DNA of 59,591 bases from an uncultured Bacilli bacterium (GTDB taxonomy: Bacteria > Bacillota_I > Bacilli_A > RF39 > UBA660): assembly GCA_947632065.1 (NCBI GenBank), contig CANRNO010000005.1:1-59591 (forward strand), written 5' to 3'. Under the pieces are notes generated by a model. It searched no databases, was not told the origin of the DNA, and saw nothing but the letters and a program-made list of their open reading frames with translations. Numbering within the stretch: position 1 is the first letter of the stretch; every line of letters starts with the position of its first letter. A program made the position numbers and the translations under genes. This document shows, one piece after another, positions 37,682-49,700 of the stretch.

Positions 37682-38671
37682 GTGGTGTTGACTGATAGAC
37701 AAAGTAAAATATTAAAGTTAATAGTAGAACATTACATTAAACTTGCTAAACCTGTTAGTTCTAATTTAATATGTAAAAAGTTAAAATGTTCTAGTGCTAC
37801 TGTGCGTAGTGAGATGGCAACCTTAGAAGAGAAAAAACTACTTGAAAAAACACATACATCATCTGGTAGAATTCCATCAGAAGAAGGTTATAGATATTAT
37901 GTAGATAACTTGATGGAATTAAAAAAGATGAATGCTGAGGATATGTTAAAATTACAAATTATATTTAAGAATCAACAAATGGTTTTATCTGATTGTATTA
38001 ATAAGAGTTTACAAGTTATATCTGATATGACTAGTTATGCTACAGTTGTACTTGGATCATCTTCACATGAGAACTTACTTAAAAAAATAGAAGTTGTTCC
38101 TTTAAATGAAGATAGTCTTATTGTAATAGTAGTTACTGATAAAGGTCATGTAGAACATAAGAATATTACACTTGAAGGTATTAATATAAAAGATATTTCT
38201 AAGACTGTTTCTTTAATTAATAATTTGATTGTTGGTACTCCTATTGATGAGGTATCATCAAAGTTAGAATATGAAGTTAAACCTATAATAGGAAAATATG
38301 TTGATCAACATGAACAAATATATAATGCATTCTATAATGTTTTTTCAGAATTTTCAGAACCTGATATTAATATCGTTGGTAAGAATAAATTTTTAAGTCA
38401 ACCTGAGTTTAGTAGTATTGATAAAATAAAAGATTTATTTAATAAACTAGATGATAAGGAAGTAGTTAATGATATTAAAGCAGATGATGATAACAATATA
38501 AATATTTATATTGGTAGTGAAAATAATATTGATGAAGATGTTACTGTTATAAAGACTAAATTTAAGACTCCAACTGAAGAGGGAACTTTAGCTATTATTG
38601 GTCCAAAACGTATGGAATATGATAGAGTTGTTTCTATGCTTGAGTACTTAAAAGAAAATATTGAAAGGTAG
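37682..38671 (+). CDS. hrcA: Heat-inducible transcription repressor HrcA
   Basis: LTDRQSKILKLIVEHYI...PVSS N-terminal wHTH, typical length, and position before grpE-dnaK. Confidence 0.9.
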   Translation: MVLTDRQSKILKLIVEHYIKLAKPVSSNLICKKLKCSSATVRSEMATLEEKKLLEKTHTSSGRIPSEEGYRYYVDNLMELKKMNAEDMLKLQIIFKNQQMVLSDCINKSLQVISDMTSYATVVLGSSSHENLLKKIEVVPLNEDSLIVIVVTDKGHVEHKNITLEGINIKDISKTVSLINNLIVGTPIDEVSSKLEYEVKPIIGKYVDQHEQIYNAFYNVFSEFSEPDINIVGKNKFLSQPEFSSIDKIKDLFNKLDDKEVVNDIKADDDNNINIYIGSENNIDEDVTVIKTKFKTPTEEGTLAIIGPKRMEYDRVVSMLEYLKENIER

Positions 38672-38677
38672 GATTTG

Positions 38678-39250
38678 ATGGAAGAAAACGTAAAAGAAGA
38701 AGTTGTAGAACAAGAAGAGAAAGTTGTACAAAAAGAAAAACATAAAAAAGAAAAGAAGAATAAAGATAAAGAAAAGATAAAAGAGTTAGAAAAACAAATT
38801 GAAGAACTTACTGAAAAAATTAAGTATCATCAAGCAGAGTTAATAAATTATCGTAAGAGAAAAGATGAAGAAATGGTACAGTTTAGAAAATATTGTAATC
38901 AAGATATCATTTTAGAGTTGATTGGTGTTATTGATAATTTTGAGAGAGCTATTAATATTGATACTAATAATGTAAGTGAGGATGTTTCTAAATTCTTAGA
39001 AGGATTTAGAATGATGTATTTAAGTATGAAAGAGATACTTAAAAATTATGGAGTAGAAGAGATAAATCGAGTTGGGGAAATATTTGATTCATCTTGTGAA
39101 CAAGCCTTAATGACAGATGATGTTAAAGATCATAAGGAAGATGAGGTTTTGGAAGTTCTACTTAAAGGATATAAATTAAAAGACAGGGTCATAAGACCTG
39201 CGTCAGTTAAAATAAATAAGAAAAAAGAAGGAGAAGATAATAATGAGTAA
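38678..39250 (+). CDS. grpE: Nucleotide exchange factor GrpE
   Basis: Charged coiled-coil N-terminus, YRKR, DNFERA, and C-terminal beta domain GY.L.DRVIRPA.V. Confidence 0.9.
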   Translation: MEENVKEEVVEQEEKVVQKEKHKKEKKNKDKEKIKELEKQIEELTEKIKYHQAELINYRKRKDEEMVQFRKYCNQDIILELIGVIDNFERAINIDTNNVSEDVSKFLEGFRMMYLSMKEILKNYGVEEINRVGEIFDSSCEQALMTDDVKDHKEDEVLEVLLKGYKLKDRVIRPASVKINKKKEGEDNNE

Positions 39251-41060
39251 AATAATAGGAATTGATTTAGGAACTACAAACAGTTGTGTTTGTGTACTTG
39301 AAGCTGGGGTAGCAAAGGTTATCCCAAATCCAGAAGGAGGAAGAACAACTCCATCTGTTGTTGCATTTAAAAATGGAGAAAGAATAGTTGGGGATGCTGC
39401 GAAGAGACAAGCTATTACTAATCCAAATACAATATCATCAATTAAGAGATTAATTGGTACTTCTGAGAAAGTTGAGGCTGAAGGTAAGAAATATACACCA
39501 GAAGAAGTAGAAGCTATGATTTTATCTTATATGAAAGATTATGCAGAAGATTATTTAGGAGAAAAAGTTACTAAAGCTGTTATTACAGTACCAGCATATT
39601 TTAATGATTCTCAAAGACAAGCTACTAAGAATGCAGGTAAAATTGCTGGGCTTGATGTTGAGAGAATTATAAATGAACCAACTGCTGCATCGCTTGCTTA
39701 TGGTCTTGAAAAAGAAGAAGGACAAACAATTTTAGTATATGACTTAGGTGGAGGAACATTTGATGTTTCAATACTAGAACTTGGAGATGGAGTATTTGAA
39801 GTTAAATCTACTAGTGGTAATAATAAACTTGGTGGAGATGACTTTGATCAAAGAATTATTGATTATTTAGTTGAAAACTTTAAAAAGGATAATGGAGTTG
39901 ATTTATCTAAAGACTCTATGGCTATGCAAAGATTAAAAGAAGTTGCAGAAAAAGCTAAGAAAGATTTAAGTGGTGTTAATACTACTCAAATTTCAGCACC
40001 TTTCATTACACAAGGTAGTGATGGTGGACCACTTCACTTAGATGTAACTTTAACTCGTGCTAAGTTTGAAGATTTAATTAGAGATTTAGTTGAATCTACT
40101 TTAGAGCCAGTTAGAAAAGCACTTAAGGATGCTAAGTTATCTAAGAGTGATATTGATAAAGTAATATTTGTTGGTGGTTCTACTCGTATACCAATGGTTT
40201 ATGATTTAATTAGTAAAGAGTTAGGACAAGAACCAAGTAAAGAAGTTAACCCTGATGAAGTTGTTGCGATGGGTGCTGCTATTCAAGGTGGAGTATTAAC
40301 AGGAGATGTTAATGATATAGTTTTACTTGATGTTACACCACTTTCACTTGGTATTGAAACACTTGGTGGAGTATGTACAGTATTAATTCCAAGAAATACA
40401 ACTATTCCAACAAGTAAGAGTGAAGTATTCTCAACTGCAGCAGATAATCAACCAGCAGTTGATGTACATGTACTTCAAGGTGAAAGACCAATGGCTGCAG
40501 ATAATAAAACTTTAGGTCGTTTCCAACTTGGTAATATACCTGCTGCTCCTCGTGGAGTTCCTCAAATTGAAGTTAAATTTGATATAGATGCTAATGGTAT
40601 AGTTAATGTTACTGCTAAAGATCTTGGAACTAATAAAGAACAATCTATTACAATTACTGCTAGTACAAATTTAAGTGATGATGAAATAGAAAGAATGAAA
40701 AAAGAAGCAGAAGAAAATAAAGAAAAAGATGAAAAACGTAAAGAAGAAGCAGATGCTAGAAATGAAGCAGAACAAATGGTATTCCAAACAGAGAAATCTA
40801 TTAAAGACTTAGGAGATAAAATAAATGATGATGAGAAAAAAGAAGTAGAAGGATTAATAGATGATCTTAAGAAAGCACTTGAAGGAGACGATATTGAAGA
40901 TATCAAAGCTAAAAAAGATAAATTAAGTGAGAAAGCTATGGGACTTGCTGCTAAAGTTTATGAAAATATAAATAAAGAAAGAGCAGAAGCAAGTAATAAT
41001 GATTCTTCTAAAGAAGATAAAAAAGACGATGTTCAAGATGCTGAATATGAAGAAAAATAA
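39243..41060 (+). CDS. dnaK: Chaperone DnaK (Hsp70)
   Basis: [42 protein letters not shown]. Confidence 0.97.
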   Translation: MSKIIGIDLGTTNSCVCVLEAGVAKVIPNPEGGRTTPSVVAFKNGERIVGDAAKRQAITNPNTISSIKRLIGTSEKVEAEGKKYTPEEVEAMILSYMKDYAEDYLGEKVTKAVITVPAYFNDSQRQATKNAGKIAGLDVERIINEPTAASLAYGLEKEEGQTILVYDLGGGTFDVSILELGDGVFEVKSTSGNNKLGGDDFDQRIIDYLVENFKKDNGVDLSKDSMAMQRLKEVAEKAKKDLSGVNTTQISAPFITQGSDGGPLHLDVTLTRAKFEDLIRDLVESTLEPVRKALKDAKLSKSDIDKVIFVGGSTRIPMVYDLISKELGQEPSKEVNPDEVVAMGAAIQGGVLTGDVNDIVLLDVTPLSLGIETLGGVCTVLIPRNTTIPTSKSEVFSTAADNQPAVDVHVLQGERPMAADNKTLGRFQLGNIPAAPRGVPQIEVKFDIDANGIVNVTAKDLGTNKEQSITITASTNLSDDEIERMKKEAEENKEKDEKRKEEADARNEAEQMVFQTEKSIKDLGDKINDDEKKEVEGLIDDLKKALEGDDIEDIKAKKDKLSEKAMGLAAKVYENINKERAEASNNDSSKEDKKDDVQDAEYEEK

Positions 41061-41070
41061 TGTACATAAT

Positions 41071-41106
41071 AAGATATAAGTTCTAGGTTACTAGGACTTA
41101 TATCTT
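41071..41106 (+). other. Perfect 11-bp hairpin after dnaK without a T-run (processing/attenuation site candidate)
   Basis: AAGATATAAGT (41071-41081) pairs with ACTTATATCTT (41096-41106), with an inner CTAG/CTAG stem. Confidence 0.5.
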
Positions 41107-41130
41107 AAAAGTATTAAAAGGAGGAGGACG

Positions 41131-41784
41131 TTGAGTAGTACTACAACAAAGATAAAGAAAACTAAAAGTAATAAAAAACATTTAAAATTGGAGAAAACTC
41201 ATAAAAATAATATTATTATTTCAGATAAAAATTTAGGAAATAAATTCACTAATTTTGAAGAGTCTAGACTTGATGAAAGTAAGACGTTACTCTATGAAGT
41301 GAATTCTAATCCAACTTATTTTAAAAAGTTTTCACGTGGACAAATTATTAAAGTGAGATTTGGTGTTAATATTGGCAGTGAATTTTCTGGTGAACATTTT
41401 GCAATTGTTATTTCTATGAGAGATTCTATAAAAAATTCAATTTTATATGTTATTCCACTAACGTCTAAGAAAAATAAGTATAATATTAATATTGGAAATA
41501 TATTGTATGATGAAGATAAAATATTCAGATTAAAGAAGAGATTAAAAGAAGAGAGTAATCCTAAACAATTAAAGCAAATAAAGAAATGTATTGATTATTA
41601 TTCTAAAAGAAAAAATAAAAAAAGTTATGCTTGTATTCAACATTTGAAAACAATTAGTAAATTGTCTATTTGTAAAACTATGAATGATTTTGACTATTTG
41701 CATGAATTGAAAGTATCCTCTTCTATTTTGAAAGAACTTGATAAAAAAATTATTAAGGAATTTACTAACATAAAAGAAAATTAA
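41131..41784 (+). CDS. PemK/MazF-fold protein with a basic N-terminal extension of about 65 aa and an internal insertion
   Basis: RGQIIKVRFGVNIGSEFSGEHFAIVIS ... VIPLTSKK ... IQHLKTISKLSI aligns by eye with E. coli MazF GDLIWVDFDPTKGSEQAGHRPAVVLS ... CVPCTTQ ... ADQVKSIAWRAR. GGAGGAGGA RBS, TTG start. Confidence 0.65.
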   Translation: MSSTTTKIKKTKSNKKHLKLEKTHKNNIIISDKNLGNKFTNFEESRLDESKTLLYEVNSNPTYFKKFSRGQIIKVRFGVNIGSEFSGEHFAIVISMRDSIKNSILYVIPLTSKKNKYNINIGNILYDEDKIFRLKKRLKEESNPKQLKQIKKCIDYYSKRKNKKSYACIQHLKTISKLSICKTMNDFDYLHELKVSSSILKELDKKIIKEFTNIKEN

Positions 41785-41788
41785 GAAA

Positions 41789-41817
41789 TTGACTAATTTT
41801 GGATGATAATGTATAAT
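41789..41817 (+). promoter_or_regulatory. Near-consensus sigma-A promoter upstream of a ~230-nt leader before pepF
   Basis: TTGACT (41789-41794), 17-nt spacer, TATAAT (41812-41817). Confidence 0.6.
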
Positions 41818-42051
41818 GTTATTGTAATATTAAATTGATTTTGATATTATTACATATGCTTATTGATTTATATCAAGTGGCATTTTACGATACTAAATTA
41901 TAGTTTGGTATCATCACATAACCAACTAACTTTATGTTGATTGGTTTTATGACACTAATTTATTTAGTGTTAAACATTATATTTTAAATGTAATTGTACA
42001 TTAAAAGAGTTAGTCAAGTACTAACTCTATTTTAGTTAAAAAGGAGAAAAT

Positions 42052-43863
42052 ATGGAAAAAGAAAAACTACGTAGTGAAATAGAAGAGAAGTATAAATGGG
42101 ATTTGACTAGAATATATAAAAATCCTAAAGAATGGGATAAAGATTTAGAAGAATTAGATAAATTAATTGATAAGATTCCTTCTTTTAAAGGAAAGTTATT
42201 TTCAGATAGTAAAACTTTAAAAGAATATTTTGAAATAGAAGTAGAAATAGATAAATTAATTAATAAATTATATTCTTATGCTAGTCTAGAACATGATGTT
42301 GATATAAGTAATACAGAAAGTCAAAAACGTCAAGATTTAATTCTTTCTAGTATTTATAAATTTAGTGAGAAAGATTCTTTCTTTCAAGAAGAATTATTTA
42401 AAAAAGAAAATGAAGAAGTTAAGAAATTACTAGATGAAGATGATTTTCTAAAAGATTATGAATTATTAATAGAAAGACAAAATCGTTATAGAGATCATTA
42501 TTTAACTTCAGAAAAAGAAGAATTAGTTTCTATTATGTCTAAAGCATTAGAAGCTAATGATAATACATATAAAATTTTAACTAATTCAGAATTAAAATTT
42601 GATTCTATTAAAGATGAGGATAATAATATAGTTGAATTAACTGATACTAATTATGCAACATACATTAGAAGTAAAGATAGAAGAGTAAGAGAAGAGGCTT
42701 TTAAATCTTTATATAAAGGATATGAAGGTTTAAAAAATACTATTACTTCTACTTATATGGGAAGTGTAGATGGAAATATTGCGATATCAAAGATATATAA
42801 ATTTCCAGGTGTACTTGAAAATAAACTTTATAATGATAATATACCAGTTAAAGTTTATGATAATTTAGTAGAAGAAGTAAGTAAAGGTCTTGATAATCTT
42901 TATGAATATTATAAATTTAAAAAAGATATTTTAGGGGTAGAAGAATTACATTTATATGATACTTATGTAGATTTAATTCAAGAGAAGACTAAAAAATATA
43001 CTTATGAAGAAGCTAAAGATATTGTATTAGATGTTATTAAGCTTTTTGGAGATGATTATGTAGAAAAAGCAACAAAGATATTTGATAATAAATTAATAGA
43101 TGTTATGCCTAATAAGAATAAAAGAGGTGGGGCATATTCATCTGGTACTTATGATACAGATCCATTTATACTTACAAATTTTAATGGTAGTTTAACTGAT
43201 GTTTCAACTATAATTCATGAATTAGGACACTCTATGCATACTACTTATTCTAATGAGAATAATATAAGACAATATGCTGATTATAGAATATTTGTCGCAG
43301 AAGTAGCATCTACAGTAAATGAAATTTTACTTGCTTTAACAATGCTTGAAAATAGTGATGATGAAAAAGAAAAACTTTCTATTATTAATAAATTACTTGA
43401 TGATTATAAAGCAACTATTTATCGTCAAACTATGTTTGCTGAATTTGAAAGATATGTATATAGTCAAAGAGAAAAGGGAGTTGCTTTAACTAGTGATGAA
43501 TTATGTGATTATTATTTAGAATTAAATAAAAAATATTTTGGTAAAGACGTAGTAGTTGATGATGAAATTAAATACGAATGGGAAAGAATTCCTCATTTTT
43601 ATACTCCTTTTTATGTTTATAAATATGCAACTAGTATGAGTGCATCTATAGTAATTGCAAACAAAATATTTAGTGGAGATAAAGAATTTACTAAAAAATA
43701 TATTAATTTCTTAAGTTTAGGTGGAAGTATGTGGCCAATTGATGAACTTAAAACGTTAGGTATAGATATGGAAGATGGTAAGGTTATAAAAGAGGCAATG
43801 GACTCTTTTGGAAAGTTACTTGATGAGTTTATAGAAAAATATAAATTAGTCTACAATGATTAA
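42052..43863 (+). CDS. pepF: Oligoendopeptidase F (peptidase M3B)
   Basis: 603 aa, HELGHSMH plus downstream VAEVAST glutamate, typical PepF length and N-terminal WDL motif. Confidence 0.9.
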   Translation: MEKEKLRSEIEEKYKWDLTRIYKNPKEWDKDLEELDKLIDKIPSFKGKLFSDSKTLKEYFEIEVEIDKLINKLYSYASLEHDVDISNTESQKRQDLILSSIYKFSEKDSFFQEELFKKENEEVKKLLDEDDFLKDYELLIERQNRYRDHYLTSEKEELVSIMSKALEANDNTYKILTNSELKFDSIKDEDNNIVELTDTNYATYIRSKDRRVREEAFKSLYKGYEGLKNTITSTYMGSVDGNIAISKIYKFPGVLENKLYNDNIPVKVYDNLVEEVSKGLDNLYEYYKFKKDILGVEELHLYDTYVDLIQEKTKKYTYEEAKDIVLDVIKLFGDDYVEKATKIFDNKLIDVMPNKNKRGGAYSSGTYDTDPFILTNFNGSLTDVSTIIHELGHSMHTTYSNENNIRQYADYRIFVAEVASTVNEILLALTMLENSDDEKEKLSIINKLLDDYKATIYRQTMFAEFERYVYSQREKGVALTSDELCDYYLELNKKYFGKDVVVDDEIKYEWERIPHFYTPFYVYKYATSMSASIVIANKIFSGDKEFTKKYINFLSLGGSMWPIDELKTLGIDMEDGKVIKEAMDSFGKLLDEFIEKYKLVYND

Positions 43864-43877
43864 GGCGGTGAAGTAGA

Positions 43878-45029
43878 TTGAATAAGAAAGATTATTATGA
43901 AGTGCTTGGAGTAGCTAAGGATGCTAGTGAAAAAGAAATTAAAAGTGCTTTTAGAAAAAAAGCTAAACAATATCATCCTGATTTAAATAAAGATAATCCT
44001 GCTGCAGAAGAGAAGTTTAAAGAAGTACAAGAAGCTTATTCTGTACTTTCTGATAAAAATAAAAGAAGTCAATATGATAGATTTGGACATGCTGGAGTAA
44101 GTGGTGCTGGAGCAGGTAGTGGATTTGGAGGATTCTCTGGATTCTCAAGTGGATTTGATGGAGTTGATATTGATTTAGATGATATCATCGATAGTGTATT
44201 CGGTGGTGGAAGAGGTGGATTTTCATCTGGTTTTGGAGGAGGACGTAGTAGAAACTCTTCAAGACGAGGAGATGATTTACTTATTAGAGTTGATCTTAGT
44301 TTTATGGAATCTGTTCATGGAACAGAAAAAGACTTTGATTTAGATGTTGTAGAAAATTGTAAGAAATGTAAAGGTAAAGGTGGATTTGATGAAGAGACTT
44401 GTTCTACTTGTCATGGTAGTGGTACAGTAACATCAGAACAGCATACTTTATTTGGATCTTTTCTTACAAAAACAACATGTCCTGATTGTAAAGGTAAAGG
44501 AAAAACTTATAAGAGAAAATGTAGTGAATGTCATGGTACTGGTAAAATTACTGAAAATAAAACTATTACAGTTAATATACCTGCTGGTATAAATACTGGA
44601 GATAGACTTAGAGTTGCAGGAAAAGGAAATGCTGGAATTAATGGAGGAGAAGCAGGAGATTTATATTTAGAATTTCACGTTAAAAGTCATGAATACTTTG
44701 AACGTGAAGGAGACGATATATACTTAGAAGTTCCTCTTACTTTGACTGAGGCTTTACTTGGATGTAAGAAGATTATTCCTACAATTAATGGTAATTTAAA
44801 ACTTACTGTTCCTAGTGGTACTAGTACTAATGATAAACAAAGAATTAAAGGGCGTGGTGTAGATAATAAAAATAGACATCATAAAGGTAATATGTATGTT
44901 GTATTTAAAGTAGCTATGCCTAAGAAGCTTACTCGTGAACAGAAAAAATTATTTGAAAAACTTTCTAAAACTGACTTAGAAACTAAAGAAATATTAGAAT
45001 TTGATAAATTTACTGAAAAGAATGCGTGA
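43878..45029 (+). CDS. dnaJ: Chaperone DnaJ
   Basis: J domain (DYYEVLGV...HPD), G/F-rich region, and four CxxCxGxG zinc-finger repeats. Confidence 0.95.
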   Translation: MNKKDYYEVLGVAKDASEKEIKSAFRKKAKQYHPDLNKDNPAAEEKFKEVQEAYSVLSDKNKRSQYDRFGHAGVSGAGAGSGFGGFSGFSSGFDGVDIDLDDIIDSVFGGGRGGFSSGFGGGRSRNSSRRGDDLLIRVDLSFMESVHGTEKDFDLDVVENCKKCKGKGGFDEETCSTCHGSGTVTSEQHTLFGSFLTKTTCPDCKGKGKTYKRKCSECHGTGKITENKTITVNIPAGINTGDRLRVAGKGNAGINGGEAGDLYLEFHVKSHEYFEREGDDIYLEVPLTLTEALLGCKKIIPTINGNLKLTVPSGTSTNDKQRIKGRGVDNKNRHHKGNMYVVFKVAMPKKLTREQKKLFEKLSKTDLETKEILEFDKFTEKNA

Positions 45030-45067
45030 GTATTCTTTTTTTATGTGTTATAATATTAGAAGTTTAA

Positions 45068-46192
<1,125 letters not shown>

Positions 46193-46193
46193 A

Positions 46194-46223
46194 ACATCAG
46201 TTATATGAACTGATGCTTTTTTT
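46194..46223 (+). terminator. Rho-independent terminator after tgt
   Basis: CATCAGTT (46195-46202) pairs with AACTGATG (46208-46215), followed by CTTTTTTT. Confidence 0.8.
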
Positions 46224-46267
46224 ACCATAAATTTCTAACTCTAAACAATAATCGATATGATATAGTT

Positions 46268-46294
46268 AAATTATAAATTAACAATTTATAATTT
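46268..46294. repeat. Perfect 12-3-12 AT-only palindrome downstream of the XRE gene
   Basis: AAATTATAAATT-AAC-AATTTATAATTT. The 11-mer AAATTATAAAT recurs at about 46616-46626 in the divergent promoter region. Confidence 0.5.
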
Positions 46295-46311
46295 AATAAG
46301 ATAGAGGAGTA

Positions 46312-46581
46312 TTATATGGTAATAGGTTTATATTGATCTACACGTGCTGGCAAAGATTTTGCTTTTTTTGCTGTTTTACTATTAAATAAATCTGCTGGTT
46401 TTATATTTAATGCTGTTGCTATAACATCTATGTTATTACAAGTTAAATTAGCACGTCCACTTTCAATGAGACTAATATAAGCCATTTTAAATTTGGTTTT
46501 TTCTGAAAATTGTTCTTGAGTTATTAGATTTTGATATCTATACCATTTTGTATTTAAACCTATAAGTTCTTTTGAAGTCAT
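46312..46581 (-). CDS. XRE family HTH transcriptional regulator
   Basis: QEQFSEKTKFKMAYISLIESGRANLTCNNIDVIATALNI is an HTH_3 pattern. GGAG RBS before the ATG at 46581, so the track start at 46599 is likely too long. Confidence 0.8.
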   Translation of the reverse strand: MTSKELIGLNTKWYRYQNLITQEQFSEKTKFKMAYISLIESGRANLTCNNIDVIATALNIKPADLFNSKTAKKAKSLPARVDQYKPITI

Positions 46582-46739
46582 GTTATATCTCCTTTTCATT
46601 AAAATTATTAATATATAAATTATAAATCTTGATTAGAAGAAAATTAATACCGATAAAAATTGTTAATTTATATATGAAAAAGATTATACTTTTGTATAGT
46701 AATCATTTTTTTATACAGAATAAAGGTAAGGAGTGTATT

Positions 46740-49700
46740 ATGAAAGAAGAGAAGAATAAAAAAATAGGGATAATAATAGGATTAGTATTATTATTTATAA
46801 CTATAATAGGAGTAACATATGCAGCATTCCAATATACAAAGAGGGGAACAAAAGAAAATGAATTATCAACAGGAACAGTATCATTTGTATATAATGAAAC
46901 ATCAAATGGTGTAACATTAACAAATGCCTATCCATTAAGTGATAGTGAAGGAAAGAATTTAACAGAAGCAACAGAAGAAGATAATGGATATTTTGACTTT
47001 AATGTAACATCCACTCTAGGAGGAGATATCACAATACCATATTATGTGTATGCAGTAGATATAACAGGAGATGTAGAGAATAAATTAAGTGAAGACTATG
47101 TAAAAGTATATCTAACAGATCAAGAAGATCAACCTTTAGAAAAGTATAATGGAGAAGTACCATTATATAGTGACTTAGATGATATAAATGCACAAAGTAA
47201 AGAAGGACAAGAAGTACAAGGAAAACTATTATATCAAAATGAATTCACAGAGAGTGGAGTACATAAATATAGATTAAGGATATGGGTAGCAGACACCTAT
47301 AAAAACTCAGATAAAGCTGAAACATTTAAAATGAGAGTAGATGTAAATACAGAAGCAGAAGTAGTACCAAAAGACCAAAATAAGCCAACATGTGAGATAT
47401 TAAATGCTCAGCCAGAAGAAGCAAATGGAACACAAGATATAAGTATGACAATAAAGTGTACAGATGACAATGGAACAGTAACTTCAAATATGACAAGTGA
47501 AAATATACATGTACTTGTAGATAATGAGGAAGTAGAACCTACAAAGAAAGAACTAACAGAAGGAATAGCGGCAACAGAAGTAACAGGAGAGAATGGAATA
47601 CAACATAACTTAACTTTAAGTGGCTTTGAAAAAGATGGACCACTTTCAATCAAAATAGATAGTGGAGTAGTACAAGACCAATATAAAAACACAAATGATG
47701 AACAAGAATTATCTACAAATGTAACAGTAAATGGACAAGGTCCAACTTGTACATTAGAAGATTATTTTCCAACGAAGACAATAACAAAAGATAAGACATT
47801 AGAATTAACAATAAAATGTACAGATGATGATGGAATAAGTAAAGATTTAACTAGTGATGGATTAAAAATAAAAGTAGGAGATGAAGAAGAAACAGAATTA
47901 ACAAAAGAAATAACAAAAACAGATACAATAGAAAAAGGAAAGAAATACACAGTAGAAGTAAAAGAATTTACTAAAACAGGAAAGATTACACCAATAATAA
48001 ATGCAGAAGCATTACAAGATACAGTAGAAAACCCAAATAAAGAGACAACGTTAGATATGGATTTAGAAATAGGTAATACTCCAGCAGAAGATTTTACAGA
48101 GAATGCAAATTCATCAGAAACAGAATATAATGACGATACAAAACATGATATGTTTGAATTTAGTCAACCAGATGGAAGTACAGGATATAGATATATAGGA
48201 GATGATCCATATAACTATGTACAAATAGATGGAGAGAGTAGTTTATGGAGAATAATAGGGGTGTTTGAAGATCTATCATCTGCAAATGATAAATCTCCAA
48301 GAATAAAATTAATAAGAGATGAATCAATAGGAGATTATTCATGGGATAATAAAGCAAAGGGAACAGGATCAAACCAAAGTAGTAGTTTAGGGTCAAATAA
48401 CTGGAACGATGCAACATTAATGAATATATTAAATAGTGGAGCGTATTGGAATAAGCAAAATGGAACATGTTCAAGTGGAACTACCCTAGGAGCGACGAAA
48501 TCATGTGATTTCAGTACAACAGGACTATCAAGTACATTGAAAAACAAAATTGAAGAAATGAAATGGTATACAGGCGGATATGATAATAGTCAACCATCTG
48601 GTGCAGAGAACTATTTTACACAAGAGAGAGGAAGTAAACCAGCTGGAGCACCTAATAGTACTACGACCTGGGACGGATTTGTGGGATTGATGTATTTAAG
48701 TGACAATTATTATACATATGGAAATGGTGTAGATGATACTTGTTTTAGCAATTCTAGTAACAATTGTGATTCAAGCAATCCTAAAAAAGGATGGATACAT
48801 GCTCCATTTAATGGTCAAAAGACTCAATGGACCCTTACTCCGTCCCCCTACGATGAGCGTTCTGTAAAATTAGTCCACTCAAGCGGCTCCTATGGAAACA
48901 GTGACGCGTACGGCGAGCGTGTGGTCCGCCCAGTCGTATATCTTAAGTCTGGAACTACCCTTGGAGGAGGAGACGGACAAAAAACAAGTCCATATACAAT
49001 TGAAGAAAAGACGGTTGCGGACATAGATTTAGAAAGTCCAATCTGTAGTATAGAGTCAGTAACACCACAAAATCCTACTCAAGAAGATGAAGTACAAATA
49101 AAAATAAATTGTACGGATAATAGTGGAAAAGTAATAGAAAGGACTCCACTAATAAAGGATGATATAGAAGTGAAAATAAATGGAGAGACATCAAGTGCAA
49201 CAAAAGAATTAAATAAAACATCATCAACAGATAATGAAATAAAATATACATTAACACTAAATAATTTTGAAGAAATAGGTTCGTTATCAATAAATATACC
49301 AGCAAATAAAATATATGATGAAAGTGGAAATAGTAATATAGCGACTTCATTGACAGCAGTATTAATAAGAGGAAAGACTATAGATGTTAATGGTTTACCA
49401 AGTAATCCAAAAGATGCAGAATACAGCGATGGAACTAAAAATTCAATGTTTGAGTTTAGTCAACCAGATGGAAGTACAGGATATAGATATATAGGAGATG
49501 ATCCATATAACTATGTAAAGATGAATGATGATAATAGTGTATGGAGAATAATAGGAGTATTCAATGATTCTGACTCAACAGGAAGTAAAGACAAACAAAG
49601 AATAAAACTAATAAAAGATCAATCAGTAGGAAATATAGCATGGGATTCAAACAATAAAAATAATTGGACTAAACCAGCAACTCTACAAACCGACTTAAAT

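Noticed and set aside
3473-40906. Other short nested ORFs in the track: 3473-3685(-), 21648-21854(-), 23788-23994(-), 26946-27176(-), 27040-27285(+), 31586-31822(-), 35216-35404(+), 36044-36313(-), 36377-36673(-), 40562-40906(-).
   Set aside because: Each is nested in or antisense to a well-supported conserved gene (for example parE, dnaK, the hydrogenase). Their compositions are typical of antisense reading of AT-rich or repetitive coding sequence.
46629-46739. 5' extensions proposed by the ORF track: giant 1 from 46629, pilC-like from 50715, yqfQ-like from 50785, XRE from 46599, SleC-like from 25296.
   Set aside because: In each case a strong Shine-Dalgarno sequence precedes an internal ATG. 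The extension encodes junk-like sequence or overlaps a neighbouring gene or promoter.
46740-46850. Considered whether the giants are prepilin-peptidase substrates, because of the adjacent A24 peptidase.
   Set aside because: There is no G|F(T/S)LIE class III motif and no Glu at +5. The N-termini fit the TasA/CalY-type signal much better. Only a loose resemblance to archaeal-type K-(G/A)| sites exists (RKA|II in paralog 2), so I kept this as a remark, not a claim.
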